DNA of 37,097 bases from a virus. Lineage: Duplodnaviria > Heunggongvirae > Uroviricota > Caudoviricetes. The DNA lies in the IMG/VR virus record IMGVR_UViG_2563366877_000001. One strand, written 5' to 3'. This document shows, piece by piece, positions 18,564 to 28,650 of the stretch. Under the pieces are notes generated by a model that was not told where the DNA came from, did no database searches, and was given only the letters and a program-made list of their open reading frames with translations. The first letter of the stretch is position 1. The number at the start of each line of letters is the position of its first letter. The position numbers were made by a program, and so were the translations under genes.

Positions 18564-18688
18564 GAACCAGTTCCCACTGCCAGAGGGGAGGGGCGGGTCA
18601 AATCCCTGTGACCTGACGTCTTCCGGACTGCCCGCCCCATCGTTTTTTTATACCCGCGAAAAATGAAATTTAACCAGGAGTGCCGCAT

Positions 18689-19183
18689 ATGGCTGGAACG
18701 GCGGGGCGTTCCGGGCGTCGCCCCAAGCCAACGGCGCGCAAGGCGCTGGCCGGAAACCCCGGCAAGCGAGCCCTGAATAAAGATGAACCTGTTTTTACGC
18801 CCATCAAAGGTGTTGAGCCACCGGAGTGGTTCGCTGAAGAAGATCTCCCTCTCGCTACGATCATGTGGCAACTGACAACTAAAGAACTCTGCGGTCAGGG
18901 CCTGCTGTGCGTGACTGACCTTGCGGTGCTTGAGCGGTGGTGCGTGGCCTACGAGTTCTGGCGACGTGCCGTGAAAAATATTGCCAGACAGGGCAACACC
19001 ATCACCGGTGCAATGGGCGGTATGGTCAAAAATCCGGAGCTGACTGCCAAAAAAGAACAGGAGTCCGAGATGAGCAGTACGGGGGCAATGCTCGGACTCG
19101 ACCCCAGCAGCCGCCAGCGTCTGATTGGCCTGGCGGGGAAGAAGAAAGCCACTAACCCGTTTCTGAAAATCATCGAATCATGA
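18689..19183 (+). CDS. terminase small subunit (P27/HK97 family)
   Basis: About 165 aa directly upstream of, and overlapping, the large terminase; AGGAG Shine-Dalgarno before ATG 18689. Confidence 0.8.
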   Translation: MAGTAGRSGRRPKPTARKALAGNPGKRALNKDEPVFTPIKGVEPPEWFAEEDLPLATIMWQLTTKELCGQGLLCVTDLAVLERWCVAYEFWRRAVKNIARQGNTITGAMGGMVKNPELTAKKEQESEMSSTGAMLGLDPSSRQRLIGLAGKKKATNPFLKIIES

Positions 19184-20913
19184 GCCGGAAATCTTACCCC
19201 AACGTAAATGCTGCAAATCAGTATGCCCGGGATGTCGTGCGCGGAAAGATTGTTGCCTGCCAGTTTGTGATTCAGGCCTGCCAGCGCCATCTTGATGACC
19301 TGATGGCGGAAAAAAGTAAGTCGTTTCGTTACCGCTTCGACAAGGACCTGGCTGAACGGGCCGCGAAATTTATTCAGCTGTTGCCGCACACCAAGGGGGA
19401 GTGGGCATTCAAACGGATGCCCATCACGCTGGAGCCGTGGCAGCTATTTGTGATCTGCTGTGCGTTTGGCTGGGTCAATAAAGGCACCCGGTTGCGCCGC
19501 TTCCGGGAGGTGTACACCGAAATCCCCCGTAAGAACGGCAAATCAGCAATCTCTGCCGGTGTTGCCCTGTATTGTTTTGCCTGTGATAACGAGTTTGGCG
19601 CGGAAGTGTATTCCGGTGCCACGACAGAGAAACAGGCGTGGGAAGTCTTTCGCCCGGCGCGACTGATGTGTAAACGCACACCCATGCTGACGGAAGCGTT
19701 CGGGATTGAGGTTAACGCCTCAAACATGAACCGTCCGGAGGATGGCGCGCGGTTTGAACCGCTGATCGGCAACCCAGGTGATGGTTCATCACCCCACTGT
19801 GCCGTGGTTGATGAATATCACGAGCATGCCACCGATGCGCTTTATACCACAATGCTTACCGGGATGGGGGCGCGACGTCAGCCACTGATGTGGGCCATCA
19901 CCACCGCCGGGTACAACATTGAGGGGCCGTGCTACGACAAGCGGCGGGAAGTCATCGAGATGCTCAACGGCTCGGTGCCTAACGATGAACTGTTCGGGAT
20001 CATCTATACCGTTGATGAAGGTGACGACTGGACCGACCCGCAGGTGCTGGAAAAAGCCAATCCAAATATTGGCGTGTCGGTTTATCGCGAATTTTTGTTA
20101 AGTCAGCAGCAGCGTGCGAAAAATAACGCCCGTCTGGCAAACGTCTTTAAAACAAAACACCTCAATATCTGGGTGTCGGCGCGTTCGGCGTATTTCAACC
20201 TGGTGAGCTGGCAGAGCTGCGAGGATAAATCACTGACTCTTGAGCAGTTCGAGGGGCAGCCGTGCATTCTGGCCTTTGACCTGGCGCGTAAGCTGGATAT
20301 GAACAGCATGGCGCGACTTTATACCCGCGAGATTGACGGTAAAACGCATTACTACAGTGTGGCCCCGCGTTTCTGGGTACCGTATGACACGGTGTACAGC
20401 GTCGAGAAAAATGAAGATCGCCGGACAGCCGAACGCTTTCAGAAATGGGTGGAAATGGGCGTTCTGACCGTTACCGATGGTGCAGAGGTGGATTATCGCT
20501 ACATCCTCGAAGAGGCCAAAGCGGCGAACAAAATCAGCCCGGTCAGTGAGTCACCCATCGACCCTTTCGGAGCGACCGGGCTGTCACATGACCTTGCTGA
20601 TGAAGACCTGAATCCCGTTACTATCGTCCAGAACTTCGCCAATATGTCCGACCCGATGAAAGAGCTGGAGGCAGCGATTGAATCGGGACGCTTTCATCAT
20701 GACGGCAATCCCATCATGACCTGGTGTATCGGCAATGTGGTCGGCAAAAACATGCCAGGTAACGATGATTTAGTGAAGCCCGTCAAAGAGCAGGCGGAAA
20801 ACAAAATCGATGGTGCAGTTGCGCTGATTATGGCGGTTGGCAGAGCCATGTTGTACGAGAAAGAAGACACGCTGTCTGACCACATTGAGTCCTATGGGAT
20901 CCGCTCGCTTTAA
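19180..20913 (+). CDS. terminase large subunit
   Basis: 577 aa with ATPase Walker-type and nuclease regions typical of HK97-type large terminases. Confidence 0.92.
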
Positions 20914-20924
20914 CTGAGGTAATT

Positions 20925-21107
20925 ATGATCATGCTGATTCTCGCGCCTCTGGTGGGCGTGCTGGGGGCGCTTTTGCTGGCGTATGGTGCCTGGCTGATTT
21001 ATCCCCCGGCGGGGTTTGTTGTTGCCGGGGCGTTGTGTCTGTTCTGGTCGTGGCTGGTGGCGCGATATCTCGACCGTACACAGTCGTCTGTCGGCGGAGG
21101 TAAATAG
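20925..21107 (+). CDS. small hydrophobic membrane protein
   Basis: 60-aa ORF with two predicted transmembrane segments between terminase and portal. Confidence 0.4.
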
Positions 21108-22348
21108 TGTTCTTTTCGGGATTATTTCAACGAAAAAGTGACGCACCGGTGACCACGCCAGCAGAGCTGGCGGATGCTATCGGGTTGTCCTACGACACCT
21201 ATACCGGAAAGCAGATCAGCAGCCAGCGGGCCATGCGACTGACGGCGGTTTTTTCCTGTGTCAGGGTGCTGGCGGAGTCGGTCGGGATGTTGCCCTGCAA
21301 CCTGTATCACCTGAACGGCAGTCTGAAGCAGAGAGCCGCTGGCGAACGTCTGCATAAGCTGATCTCCACGCATCCCAATGGCTATATGACGCCGCAGGAG
21401 TTCTGGGAGCTGGTGGTCACCTGTCTGTGCCTGCGGGGAAACTTTTACGCCTACAAAGTGAAAGCATTTGGCGAAGTGGCTGAACTGCTGCCCGTCGATC
21501 CCGGCTGTGTGGTACCGAAGCTTAACAGTAGCTGGGAGCCGGTCTATCAGGTCACATTCCCGGATGGCTCCACGGATGTACTGAGCCAGGAGGATATCTG
21601 GCATGTGCGCACGCTGACGCTGGACGGACTGGTGGGGCTGAATCCCATCGCCTATGCCCGCGAGGCAATATCGCTGGCGGCAGCGACCGAAGAGCACGGG
21701 GCCAGACTGTTCAGCAATGGCGCGGTGACGTCGGGTGTGTTGCGTACAGAGCAGACGCTGTCAGATCAGGCTTATGAGCGCCTGAAGAAAGATTTTGAGG
21801 AGCGTCACACCGGGCTTGGCAATGCTCACCGCCCGATGATCCTTGAGATGGGGCTGGACTGGAAGTCGATGGCGCTGAACGCCGAGGACAGCCAGTTCCT
21901 GGAAACCCGCAAGTTTCAGCTTGAAGAAATCTGTCGTCTGTTCCGGGTGCCGTTGCACATGGTGCAGAACACCGATCGCGCCACCTTCAACAATATCGAA
22001 GAGCTGGGGCTGGGATTTATCAACTATTCACTGGTGCCGTATCTGACCCGCATCGAACAGCGGATCAACACCGGACTGGTACGAAAAAGTAAGCAGGGCG
22101 TTTATTACGCCAAATTTAACGCCGGGGCGTTACTGCGCGGGGATATGAAGTCCCGTTTTGAAGCCTACGCCACCGGGATCAACTGGGGAATTTACTCTCC
22201 CAATGACTGCCGCGACCTGGAAGATATGAATCCACGACCCGGTGGTGATGTCTATCTCACACCGATGAACATGACCACGAAACCCTCCGATGGCAGTAAA
22301 GCCGGTAAGCAGAAGGATAACGCCAATGCAGACGAAACAACGTCTTGA
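21107..22348 (+). CDS. portal protein (HK97 family)
   Basis: 413 aa following the terminase; GTG start; typical portal size and position. Confidence 0.88.
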   Translation: MFFSGLFQRKSDAPVTTPAELADAIGLSYDTYTGKQISSQRAMRLTAVFSCVRVLAESVGMLPCNLYHLNGSLKQRAAGERLHKLISTHPNGYMTPQEFWELVVTCLCLRGNFYAYKVKAFGEVAELLPVDPGCVVPKLNSSWEPVYQVTFPDGSTDVLSQEDIWHVRTLTLDGLVGLNPIAYAREAISLAAATEEHGARLFSNGAVTSGVLRTEQTLSDQAYERLKKDFEERHTGLGNAHRPMILEMGLDWKSMALNAEDSQFLETRKFQLEEICRLFRVPLHMVQNTDRATFNNIEELGLGFINYSLVPYLTRIEQRINTGLVRKSKQGVYYAKFNAGALLRGDMKSRFEAYATGINWGIYSPNDCRDLEDMNPRPGGDVYLTPMNMTTKPSDGSKAGKQKDNANADETTS

Positions 22349-22976
22349 TGTACCGCTGAGTCTGAAATCTGTCAGTGACTCCGGTGAGTTTGAAGGGTAT
22401 GGCTCCGTCTTTGGTGTAAAGGACAGCCACGATGATGTGGTGATGTCCGGGGCATTTGCTGCTTCCCTGCGGGCGTGGAGTGACAGAAAAGCGTTACCTG
22501 CGCTGCTCTGGCAGCACCGCATGGATGAACCCATCGGTGTTTACACCGAAATGAAGGAAGACGATGTCGGGCTTTACGTCAGGGGACGGTTGCTTATTGA
22601 TGATGATCCCCTCGCAAAACGCGCACATGCACACATGAAGGCCGGTTCGTTAACCGGCCTTTCTATTGGGTACGTCCTGAAAGACTGGGAATACGACCGG
22701 AGCAAAGAAGCCTTTCTGCTGAAAGAAATCGACCTCTGGGAAGTCAGCCTGGTGACGTTCCCGTCTAACGACGAGGCGCGGATCAGCGACGTCAAGAACG
22801 CACTGGCCCGCGGGGAAATCCCCGAACAGAAAAAAATCGAAAGAGTCCTGCGTGATGTCGGACTCTCCCGTACCCAGGCCAAAGCATTCATGGCCGGGGG
22901 CTATGGCGCACTGTCCCTGCGCGACGCTGAGGATGTGGGCTCTGCACTGAATGCACTGAAAAATCTGAACTTCTAA
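22326..22976 (+). CDS. prohead protease (HK97 family)
   Basis: About 216 aa from ATG 22326, between portal and capsid genes. Confidence 0.85.
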   Translation: MQTKQRLDVPLSLKSVSDSGEFEGYGSVFGVKDSHDDVVMSGAFAASLRAWSDRKALPALLWQHRMDEPIGVYTEMKEDDVGLYVRGRLLIDDDPLAKRAHAHMKAGSLTGLSIGYVLKDWEYDRSKEAFLLKEIDLWEVSLVTFPSNDEARISDVKNALARGEIPEQKKIERVLRDVGLSRTQAKAFMAGGYGALSLRDAEDVGSALNALKNLNF

Positions 22977-22990
22977 TCAGGAGAAATACG

Positions 22991-24196
22991 ATGGCGGTTG
23001 ATATTAAAGATGTCGAACAGGTCGCGCAGGAGCTGCAGCAGAAGTTTGACGACTTCAAAGCAAAGAACGACAAGCGCGTGGATGCGATTGAGCAGGAAAA
23101 AGGCAAGCTTGCCGGGCAGGTGGAAACCCTGAACGGGAAACTCAGCGAGCTGGAAAATCTCAAAAGCGACCTTGAAAAAGAGCTGCTTGAGCTGAAACGT
23201 CCGGCAGGTGGAGCGCAAAATAAACTGGCCACCGAGCATAAAGAGGCGTTTGTGGGCTTCCTGCGTAAAGGCCGTGAAGACGGTCTGCGCGATCTGGAGC
23301 GTAAGGCATTGCAGGTGGGTACCGATGAAGACGGTGGCTACGCCGTGCCGGAAGAACTGGATCGCAACATTCTTAACCTGCTGAAAGATGAAGTGGTGAT
23401 GCGTCAGGAAGCCACGGTGATCACCGTTGGCGGTTCCGACTACAAAAAACTGGTGAATCTGGGCGGTACGGCTTCCGGATGGGTGGGGGAAACGGATACG
23501 CGATCCCAGACTGCCACCTCCAGACTGGAGCTGATTGAACCTCTCATGGGGGAAATCTACGGCAACCCGCAGGCTACCCAGAAAATGCTGGACGATGCCT
23601 TCTTCAACGTGGAGGCCTGGATCAACAGCGAGCTGGCAACCGAATTTGCCGAACAGGAAGAAATTGCCTTTACCTCAGGCAATGGCACCAAGAAGCCGAA
23701 AGGGTTCCTGGCGTATGAATCCACTGATGAAACCGACAAGGTCCGGGCGTTCGGCAAACTTCAGCATATTGTATCCGGCGAAGCGACCGCGGTGACCGCA
23801 GACGCCATTATCAAACTGATTTACACGCTGCGTAAGGCACACCGCACTGGCGCGAAGTTCATGATGAACAACAACAGCCTGTTTGCCATACGTTTGCTGA
23901 AAGACACCGAGGGTAACTATCTGTGGCGTCCGGGGCTGGAACTGGGGCAGCCGTCCTCTCTGGCGGGTTACGGTATCGCTGAAAACGAACAGATGCCGGA
24001 TATCGCCGCTGATGCGAAAGCCATTGCATTTGGTAACTTCAAACGGGGTTACACCATCGTTGACCGTATCGGCACCCGCATTCTGCGTGACCCGTACACC
24101 AATAAACCGTTTGTCGGTTTTTATACCACCAAGCGCACCGGCGGGATGCTGGTCGATTCGCAGGCCATCAAACTGCTGAAGATTGCAGCGGCGTAA
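22991..24196 (+). CDS. major capsid protein (HK97 fold, with N-terminal delta/scaffold domain)
   Basis: 401 aa; N-terminal coiled-coil region followed by the capsid domain, typical of HK97-type capsid proteins. Confidence 0.92.
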   Translation: MAVDIKDVEQVAQELQQKFDDFKAKNDKRVDAIEQEKGKLAGQVETLNGKLSELENLKSDLEKELLELKRPAGGAQNKLATEHKEAFVGFLRKGREDGLRDLERKALQVGTDEDGGYAVPEELDRNILNLLKDEVVMRQEATVITVGGSDYKKLVNLGGTASGWVGETDTRSQTATSRLELIEPLMGEIYGNPQATQKMLDDAFFNVEAWINSELATEFAEQEEIAFTSGNGTKKPKGFLAYESTDETDKVRAFGKLQHIVSGEATAVTADAIIKLIYTLRKAHRTGAKFMMNNNSLFAIRLLKDTEGNYLWRPGLELGQPSSLAGYGIAENEQMPDIAADAKAIAFGNFKRGYTIVDRIGTRILRDPYTNKPFVGFYTTKRTGGMLVDSQAIKLLKIAAA

Positions 24197-24245
24197 TCAC
24201 TCAGGGGCGCGGAACCGCGCCCCCTGTTCTGACGGGTGAAGAATC

Positions 24246-24446
24246 ATGATCCTGAAACAAGATCTGAAATGGTCACCGGACGGTATGCGTGTTGAGGTCA
24301 TTCGGGCCGGTGAGTATGACGACGGGGCGCTTCCTGCCCGGGTGCAGGAGATTGCACTTCAGGCCGGGTTAGCAGAGCGCGGAATCAGTGCAAAAAGCAG
24401 TAAAGCGGCAAAAGAGAAAAAAGCCACGACCAGTAAAGAGGGCTGA
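24246..24446 (+). CDS. hypothetical head-associated protein
   Basis: 66-aa ORF after the capsid gene. Confidence 0.4.
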   Translation: MILKQDLKWSPDGMRVEVIRAGEYDDGALPARVQEIALQAGLAERGISAKSSKAAKEKKATTSKEG

Positions 24447-24448
24447 GT

Positions 24449-24772
24449 ATGCTTCTGACAATGGAAGAGATTAAAGCCCAACTCCGGCTGGATGAGGATT
24501 TCGATGCTGATGACCGCCATCTGCAACTGCTGGCCTGTGCGGCACAAAAGCGGACGGAAACGTATCTGAACCGGAAGCTCTATGCACCGGATGAAACCAT
24601 TCCGGACAGCGATCCGGACGGGCTGCACCTGCCGGATGATATTCGTCTGGGGATGCTGATGCTTATCAGCCATTTTTACGAAAACCGCTCGTCGGTTACG
24701 GAAGTGGAGAAACTCGACATGCCGCAGAGTTTTGGCTGGCTTGTCGGCCCGTACAGGTACTTTCCGCAATGA
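24449..24772 (+). CDS. head-tail connector protein (gp6-like)
   Basis: 107 aa; position and size consistent with head-tail connector proteins. Confidence 0.65.
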   Translation: MLLTMEEIKAQLRLDEDFDADDRHLQLLACAAQKRTETYLNRKLYAPDETIPDSDPDGLHLPDDIRLGMLMLISHFYENRSSVTEVEKLDMPQSFGWLVGPYRYFPQ

Positions 24773-25179
24773 AAATTCGTCAGGCGCAGACCAGCGCAAC
24801 CTACATTCTGCCGGACCCCGGTGAACTGAATAAACGCGTCCTGATCCGCCAGCGGGTGGATATGCCCGCGGATAACTTTGGCGTGGAGCCTCAATACCCG
24901 GTTACGTTCCGGACATGGGCGAAGGTTATCCAGACCAGTGCCACCACCTGGCAGGAAACCGCGCAGACCGGGGACGCCATCACCCATTACATCACCATTC
25001 GTTACCGCCGGGGGATCACTGCTGATTATGAGGTGGTCTGTGATGACAGTGTGTACCGGGTGAAACGTCAGCGTGATCTGAACGGGGCGCGGCGCTTTCT
25101 GCTGCTGGAGTGTACGGAGCTGGGCGAATGTAGGCAGAGTCACGGAGGCAGCAATGGCGACTTCCTTTTTGCACGTTGA
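24769..25179 (+). CDS. head-tail adaptor / head closure protein
   Basis: 136 aa; position in module. Confidence 0.6.
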   Translation: MKIRQAQTSATYILPDPGELNKRVLIRQRVDMPADNFGVEPQYPVTFRTWAKVIQTSATTWQETAQTGDAITHYITIRYRRGITADYEVVCDDSVYRVKRQRDLNGARRFLLLECTELGECRQSHGGSNGDFLFAR

Positions 25180-25660
25180 TTTTCAGCAGCCTGCGGAGAT
25201 GCGCTTTAACCGCGCCCGTGTCCGGCGGGCGTTTGTCACGATTGGTCAGCGTCATATGCGTGATGCCCGTCGGCTGGTGATGCGCCGTGCGCGGTCGGCA
25301 CCGGGTGAAAACCCCGGTTATCAGACCGGACGCCTGGCTCGTTCGATTGGTTACATGGTACCCAGAGCCAGTAAACATCGCCCTGGTTTTATGGCACGTA
25401 TAGCCCCTAACCAGCGTAATGGAGAGGGAAACCGCCGTATCACCGGTGATTTTTATCCGGCTTTTTTGTTCTATGGCGTGAGGCGAGGGGCAAAGCGTCG
25501 TCGCAGCCATCATCGTGGTGCATCCGGTGGCAGCGGCTGGCGACTGGCTCCACGTAATAACTTCATGGTGGAAACTCTTGAAAAGAACCGCAGCTGGACA
25601 CGCTATTTTCTGGCGCGGGAATTGCGTAAATCACTGAAGCCGGAGCGACGACACAGATGA
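25154..25660 (+). CDS. HK97 gp10-like structural protein
   Basis: 168 aa basic protein; position in module. Confidence 0.55.
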   Translation: MATSFLHVDFQQPAEMRFNRARVRRAFVTIGQRHMRDARRLVMRRARSAPGENPGYQTGRLARSIGYMVPRASKHRPGFMARIAPNQRNGEGNRRITGDFYPAFLFYGVRRGAKRRRSHHRGASGGSGWRLAPRNNFMVETLEKNRSWTRYFLARELRKSLKPERRHR

Positions 25661-26217
25661 AACTGACGCCTGTTATTGCTGCGCTGCGTGCCCGCTGCCC
25701 GTATTTTGAAAACCGGGTGGCAGGCGCGGCACAGTTCAAAAATCTGCCGGAGGTCGGAAAGCTGAGACTCCCGGCGGCGTATGTGGTACCGGGGGATGAT
25801 TCTCCGGGAGAAAACAAAAGCCAGACCGACTACTGGCAGGAGCTGAAAGAGGGCTTCTCCGTGGTTGTCATACTGAGTAACGGGCGTGATGAGCGCGGTC
25901 AGTTTGCTTCGTATGATGTGGTGGACGATGTCCGGCAGATGCTCTTTAAGGCTCTGCTGGGCTGGAACCCGGAAGCGTGCGGTAACCCGATTACCTATGA
26001 CGGCGGCACGCTGCTGGATCTGAATCGTCATGAGCTGATTTATCAGTTCGATTTTTCGGTCATCAGCGAGCTGACCGAAGACGATACCCGCCAGCAGGAT
26101 GACCTGAACAGTCTGGATGAACTGCGAACGCTGGCGATTGATGTTGATTATCTCGATCCCGGTAACGGGCCTGACGGCGATATCGAACATCACACCGAAA
26201 TACCCCTTCCTTCCTGA
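25657..26217 (+). CDS. hypothetical tail-completion / structural protein
   Basis: 186 aa upstream of the sheath gene. Confidence 0.5.
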   Translation: MKLTPVIAALRARCPYFENRVAGAAQFKNLPEVGKLRLPAAYVVPGDDSPGENKSQTDYWQELKEGFSVVVILSNGRDERGQFASYDVVDDVRQMLFKALLGWNPEACGNPITYDGGTLLDLNRHELIYQFDFSVISELTEDDTRQQDDLNSLDELRTLAIDVDYLDPGNGPDGDIEHHTEIPLPS

Positions 26218-26225
26218 GGATCATC

Positions 26226-26396
26226 ATGTTTGTGAAACCTGTTAAAGGGCGGTCAGTGCCTGACCCTGCCCGCGGCGACCTTTTGCCCGCCGAAGGGCGA
26301 AATGTTGATGAGAACAACTACTGGCTGCGCCGTGAAGCAGCGGGTGATATCCGGCGCGTGAATAAAAAGGTGAACACCGATGACGATAAGCTTTAA
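26226..26396 (+). CDS. small hypothetical protein
   Basis: 56-aa ORF not in track, between the structural ORF and the sheath gene. Confidence 0.35.
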   Translation: MFVKPVKGRSVPDPARGDLLPAEGRNVDENNYWLRREAAGDIRRVNKKVNTDDDKL

Positions 26397-27876
26397 CACC
26401 ATTCCGTCGAATACGCTGGTTCCGCTGTTTTATGCGGAAATGGATAACCAGGCTGCGAATACTGCACAGGACAGCGGAGCATCGCTGCTGATTGGTCATG
26501 CCAATAACGGTGCAGAGATTGTTGCCAACAGTCTGGTGCTGATGCCGTCGGCAGACTATGCACGCCAGATTTGTGGTGCGGGAAGTCAGCTGGCGCGTAT
26601 GGTCGAGGCTTATCGCCAGACCGACCCGTTTGGTGAGCTGTATGTGATTGCCGTTCCGGAAGCCACAGGCGCGGCGGCAACGGTTACGCTGACGGTGACC
26701 GGGGAAGCAACCGAAAGCGGCACGGTGAATGTCTATGTGGGACGTACCCGCGTGCAGGCTCCGGTGACCAACGGCGATAACGTCACGACGATTGCCAGCA
26801 GTATCAAAGATGCCATCAATGCCGTTCCGACTCTGCCGTTTACAGCTTCATCTTCGGCTGGCGTGGTCACACTGACCGCGCGTCATAAGGGGCTTTGCGG
26901 GAATGAAATTCCTGTCAGCCTCAATTACTACGGCTTCGGTGGGGGCGAAGTGCTGCCAGCGGGCGTACAGATTGCCGTGGCGACGGGGACCGTCGGAACG
27001 GGCGCTCCGGTTCTCACCGGCGCGGTGGCTGCAATGGCGGATGAGCCGTTTGATTATATCGGTCTGCCGTTCAACGACACGGCCTCCGTTAACACGCTGG
27101 TGACCGAGATGAACGATACCAGCGGTCGCTGGAGCTATGCGCGTCAGCTGTATGGTCATGTGTATACGGCAAAGACCGGCACACTGTCAGAACTGGTGAA
27201 CGCAGGTGACCAGTTTAACCAGCAGCACATCACCCTGGCGGGGTACGAAAAAGAGACCCAGACGCCTGCCGACGAGCTGGCGGCAAGCCGTACCGCCCGC
27301 GCAGCGGTGTTTATCCGCAACGATCCGGCACGTCCCACGCAGACCGGTGAGCTGGTGGGTATGCTGCCTGCGCCGAAGGGGAAACGGTTCACGATGACCG
27401 AGCAGCAGACCCTGCTGTCTCATGGCGTGGCAACGGCGTATGTCGAAAGCGGGGTGCTGCGCATTCAGCGTGATGTCACCACGTACAGGAAAAATTCTTA
27501 CGGGGTTGCGGATAACAGCTACCTCGACAGCGAGACGCTGCATACCAGTGCGTATGTACTGCGCAAACTGAAATCCGTCATTACCAGTAAGTACGGGCGT
27601 CACAAGCTTGCCAGCGACGGTACCCGCTTTGGTCCCGGTCAGGCGATTGTCACCCCGGCGGTAATCAAAGGGGAACTGCTGGCAACCTACCGTCAGCTTG
27701 AGCGTGCGGGGATCGTGGAAAACTACGAACTGTTTAAGCAGTACCTGGTTGTGGAGCGTGATGCCAGCGATCCGAACCGCCTGAACACGCTGTTCCCGCC
27801 TGACTATGTTAACCAGTTGCGTGTTTTTGCCGTGGTTAACCAGTTCCGTCTTCAGTATTCAGAGGAGTCTGCATAA
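26380..27876 (+). CDS. tail sheath protein (Mu gpL-like)
   Basis: 498 aa; contractile-tail sheath size and position; followed by tube, chaperone and tape measure. Confidence 0.88.
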   Translation: MTISFNTIPSNTLVPLFYAEMDNQAANTAQDSGASLLIGHANNGAEIVANSLVLMPSADYARQICGAGSQLARMVEAYRQTDPFGELYVIAVPEATGAAATVTLTVTGEATESGTVNVYVGRTRVQAPVTNGDNVTTIASSIKDAINAVPTLPFTASSSAGVVTLTARHKGLCGNEIPVSLNYYGFGGGEVLPAGVQIAVATGTVGTGAPVLTGAVAAMADEPFDYIGLPFNDTASVNTLVTEMNDTSGRWSYARQLYGHVYTAKTGTLSELVNAGDQFNQQHITLAGYEKETQTPADELAASRTARAAVFIRNDPARPTQTGELVGMLPAPKGKRFTMTEQQTLLSHGVATAYVESGVLRIQRDVTTYRKNSYGVADNSYLDSETLHTSAYVLRKLKSVITSKYGRHKLASDGTRFGPGQAIVTPAVIKGELLATYRQLERAGIVENYELFKQYLVVERDASDPNRLNTLFPPDYVNQLRVFAVVNQFRLQYSEESA

Positions 27877-28232
27877 TGGCCCGTATCGGGGGAACCTGTT
27901 ATTTCAAAATTGACGGTCAGCAGCTATCGCTGACCGGCGGCATTGAGGTGCCCATGAACAGGACGGTCAATGATGACATCATCGGCCTGGACGGTTCAGT
28001 GGACCGCAAGGAAACTCACCGTGCGCCTTATGTCAAAGGGACATTCAAGGTGCCGAAGAATTTTCCGGTGAGTAAAATCACCTCGTCTGATGAGATGACC
28101 ATCACTGCCGAGCTGGCGAACGGTCAGGTCTATGTATTGTCGTCCGCCTGGCTGCACGGAGAAGCGAACCATAATGCCGAAGAAGGCACGGTTGATCTTG
28201 AGTTCCACGGTGAAGAAGGGGATTACCAGTAA
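27876..28232 (+). CDS. tail tube protein
   Basis: 118 aa directly after the sheath gene. Confidence 0.8.
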   Translation: MARIGGTCYFKIDGQQLSLTGGIEVPMNRTVNDDIIGLDGSVDRKETHRAPYVKGTFKVPKNFPVSKITSSDEMTITAELANGQVYVLSSAWLHGEANHNAEEGTVDLEFHGEEGDYQ

Positions 28233-28650
28233 TGAAAGAGCTTGAGTTAAAGAAACCGATTATCGCTCATGGTGAGACACTCTCCGTACTGGAGTTTGAT
28301 GAACCCACCGGGAAGGATGTCCGCGAGCTGGGGTATCCCTACCAGATGAATCAGGATGAGTCCGTCAGACTTCTGGCGCATGTGGTGTCGAAATACATTG
28401 TGCGGCTGGCGAAAGTGCCGCAAAGCTCTGTCGACCAGATGTCTCCGGCAGACCTGAATGCAGCGGCGTGGCTTGTGGCTGGTTTTTTCCTCCAGGCCTG
28501 ACGGCTGAATACCTCACTGATCGCTTCTTTGACTGCGCCAGCTACTGGCGCATTAATCCCTTCGAATTGCTGAATATGCCGATCAGTGAAATTCCCTTGC
28601 TGGTCAGTCAGGCAAACAGGATAGAGCAGGAGAAACGCACACATGGCTGA
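28232..28650 (+). CDS. tail assembly chaperone with programmed -1 frameshift extension
   Basis: Zero-frame ORF 28232..28501 (89 aa) and overlapping -1 frame ORF to 28650; slippery heptamer T TTT TTC at 28483-28489 just before the zero-frame stop; immediately upstream of the tape measure gene. Confidence 0.7.

Noticed and set aside
22888-23232. Minus-strand ORFs of 100-200 aa overlapping capsid, terminase and tail genes (for example 22888..23232, 25603..26193, 27187..27603, 31219..31716, 21122..21697)
   Set aside because: They lie antisense to well-supported structural genes, have no start context and have biased low-complexity composition; typical shadow ORFs in GC-rich coding sequence.
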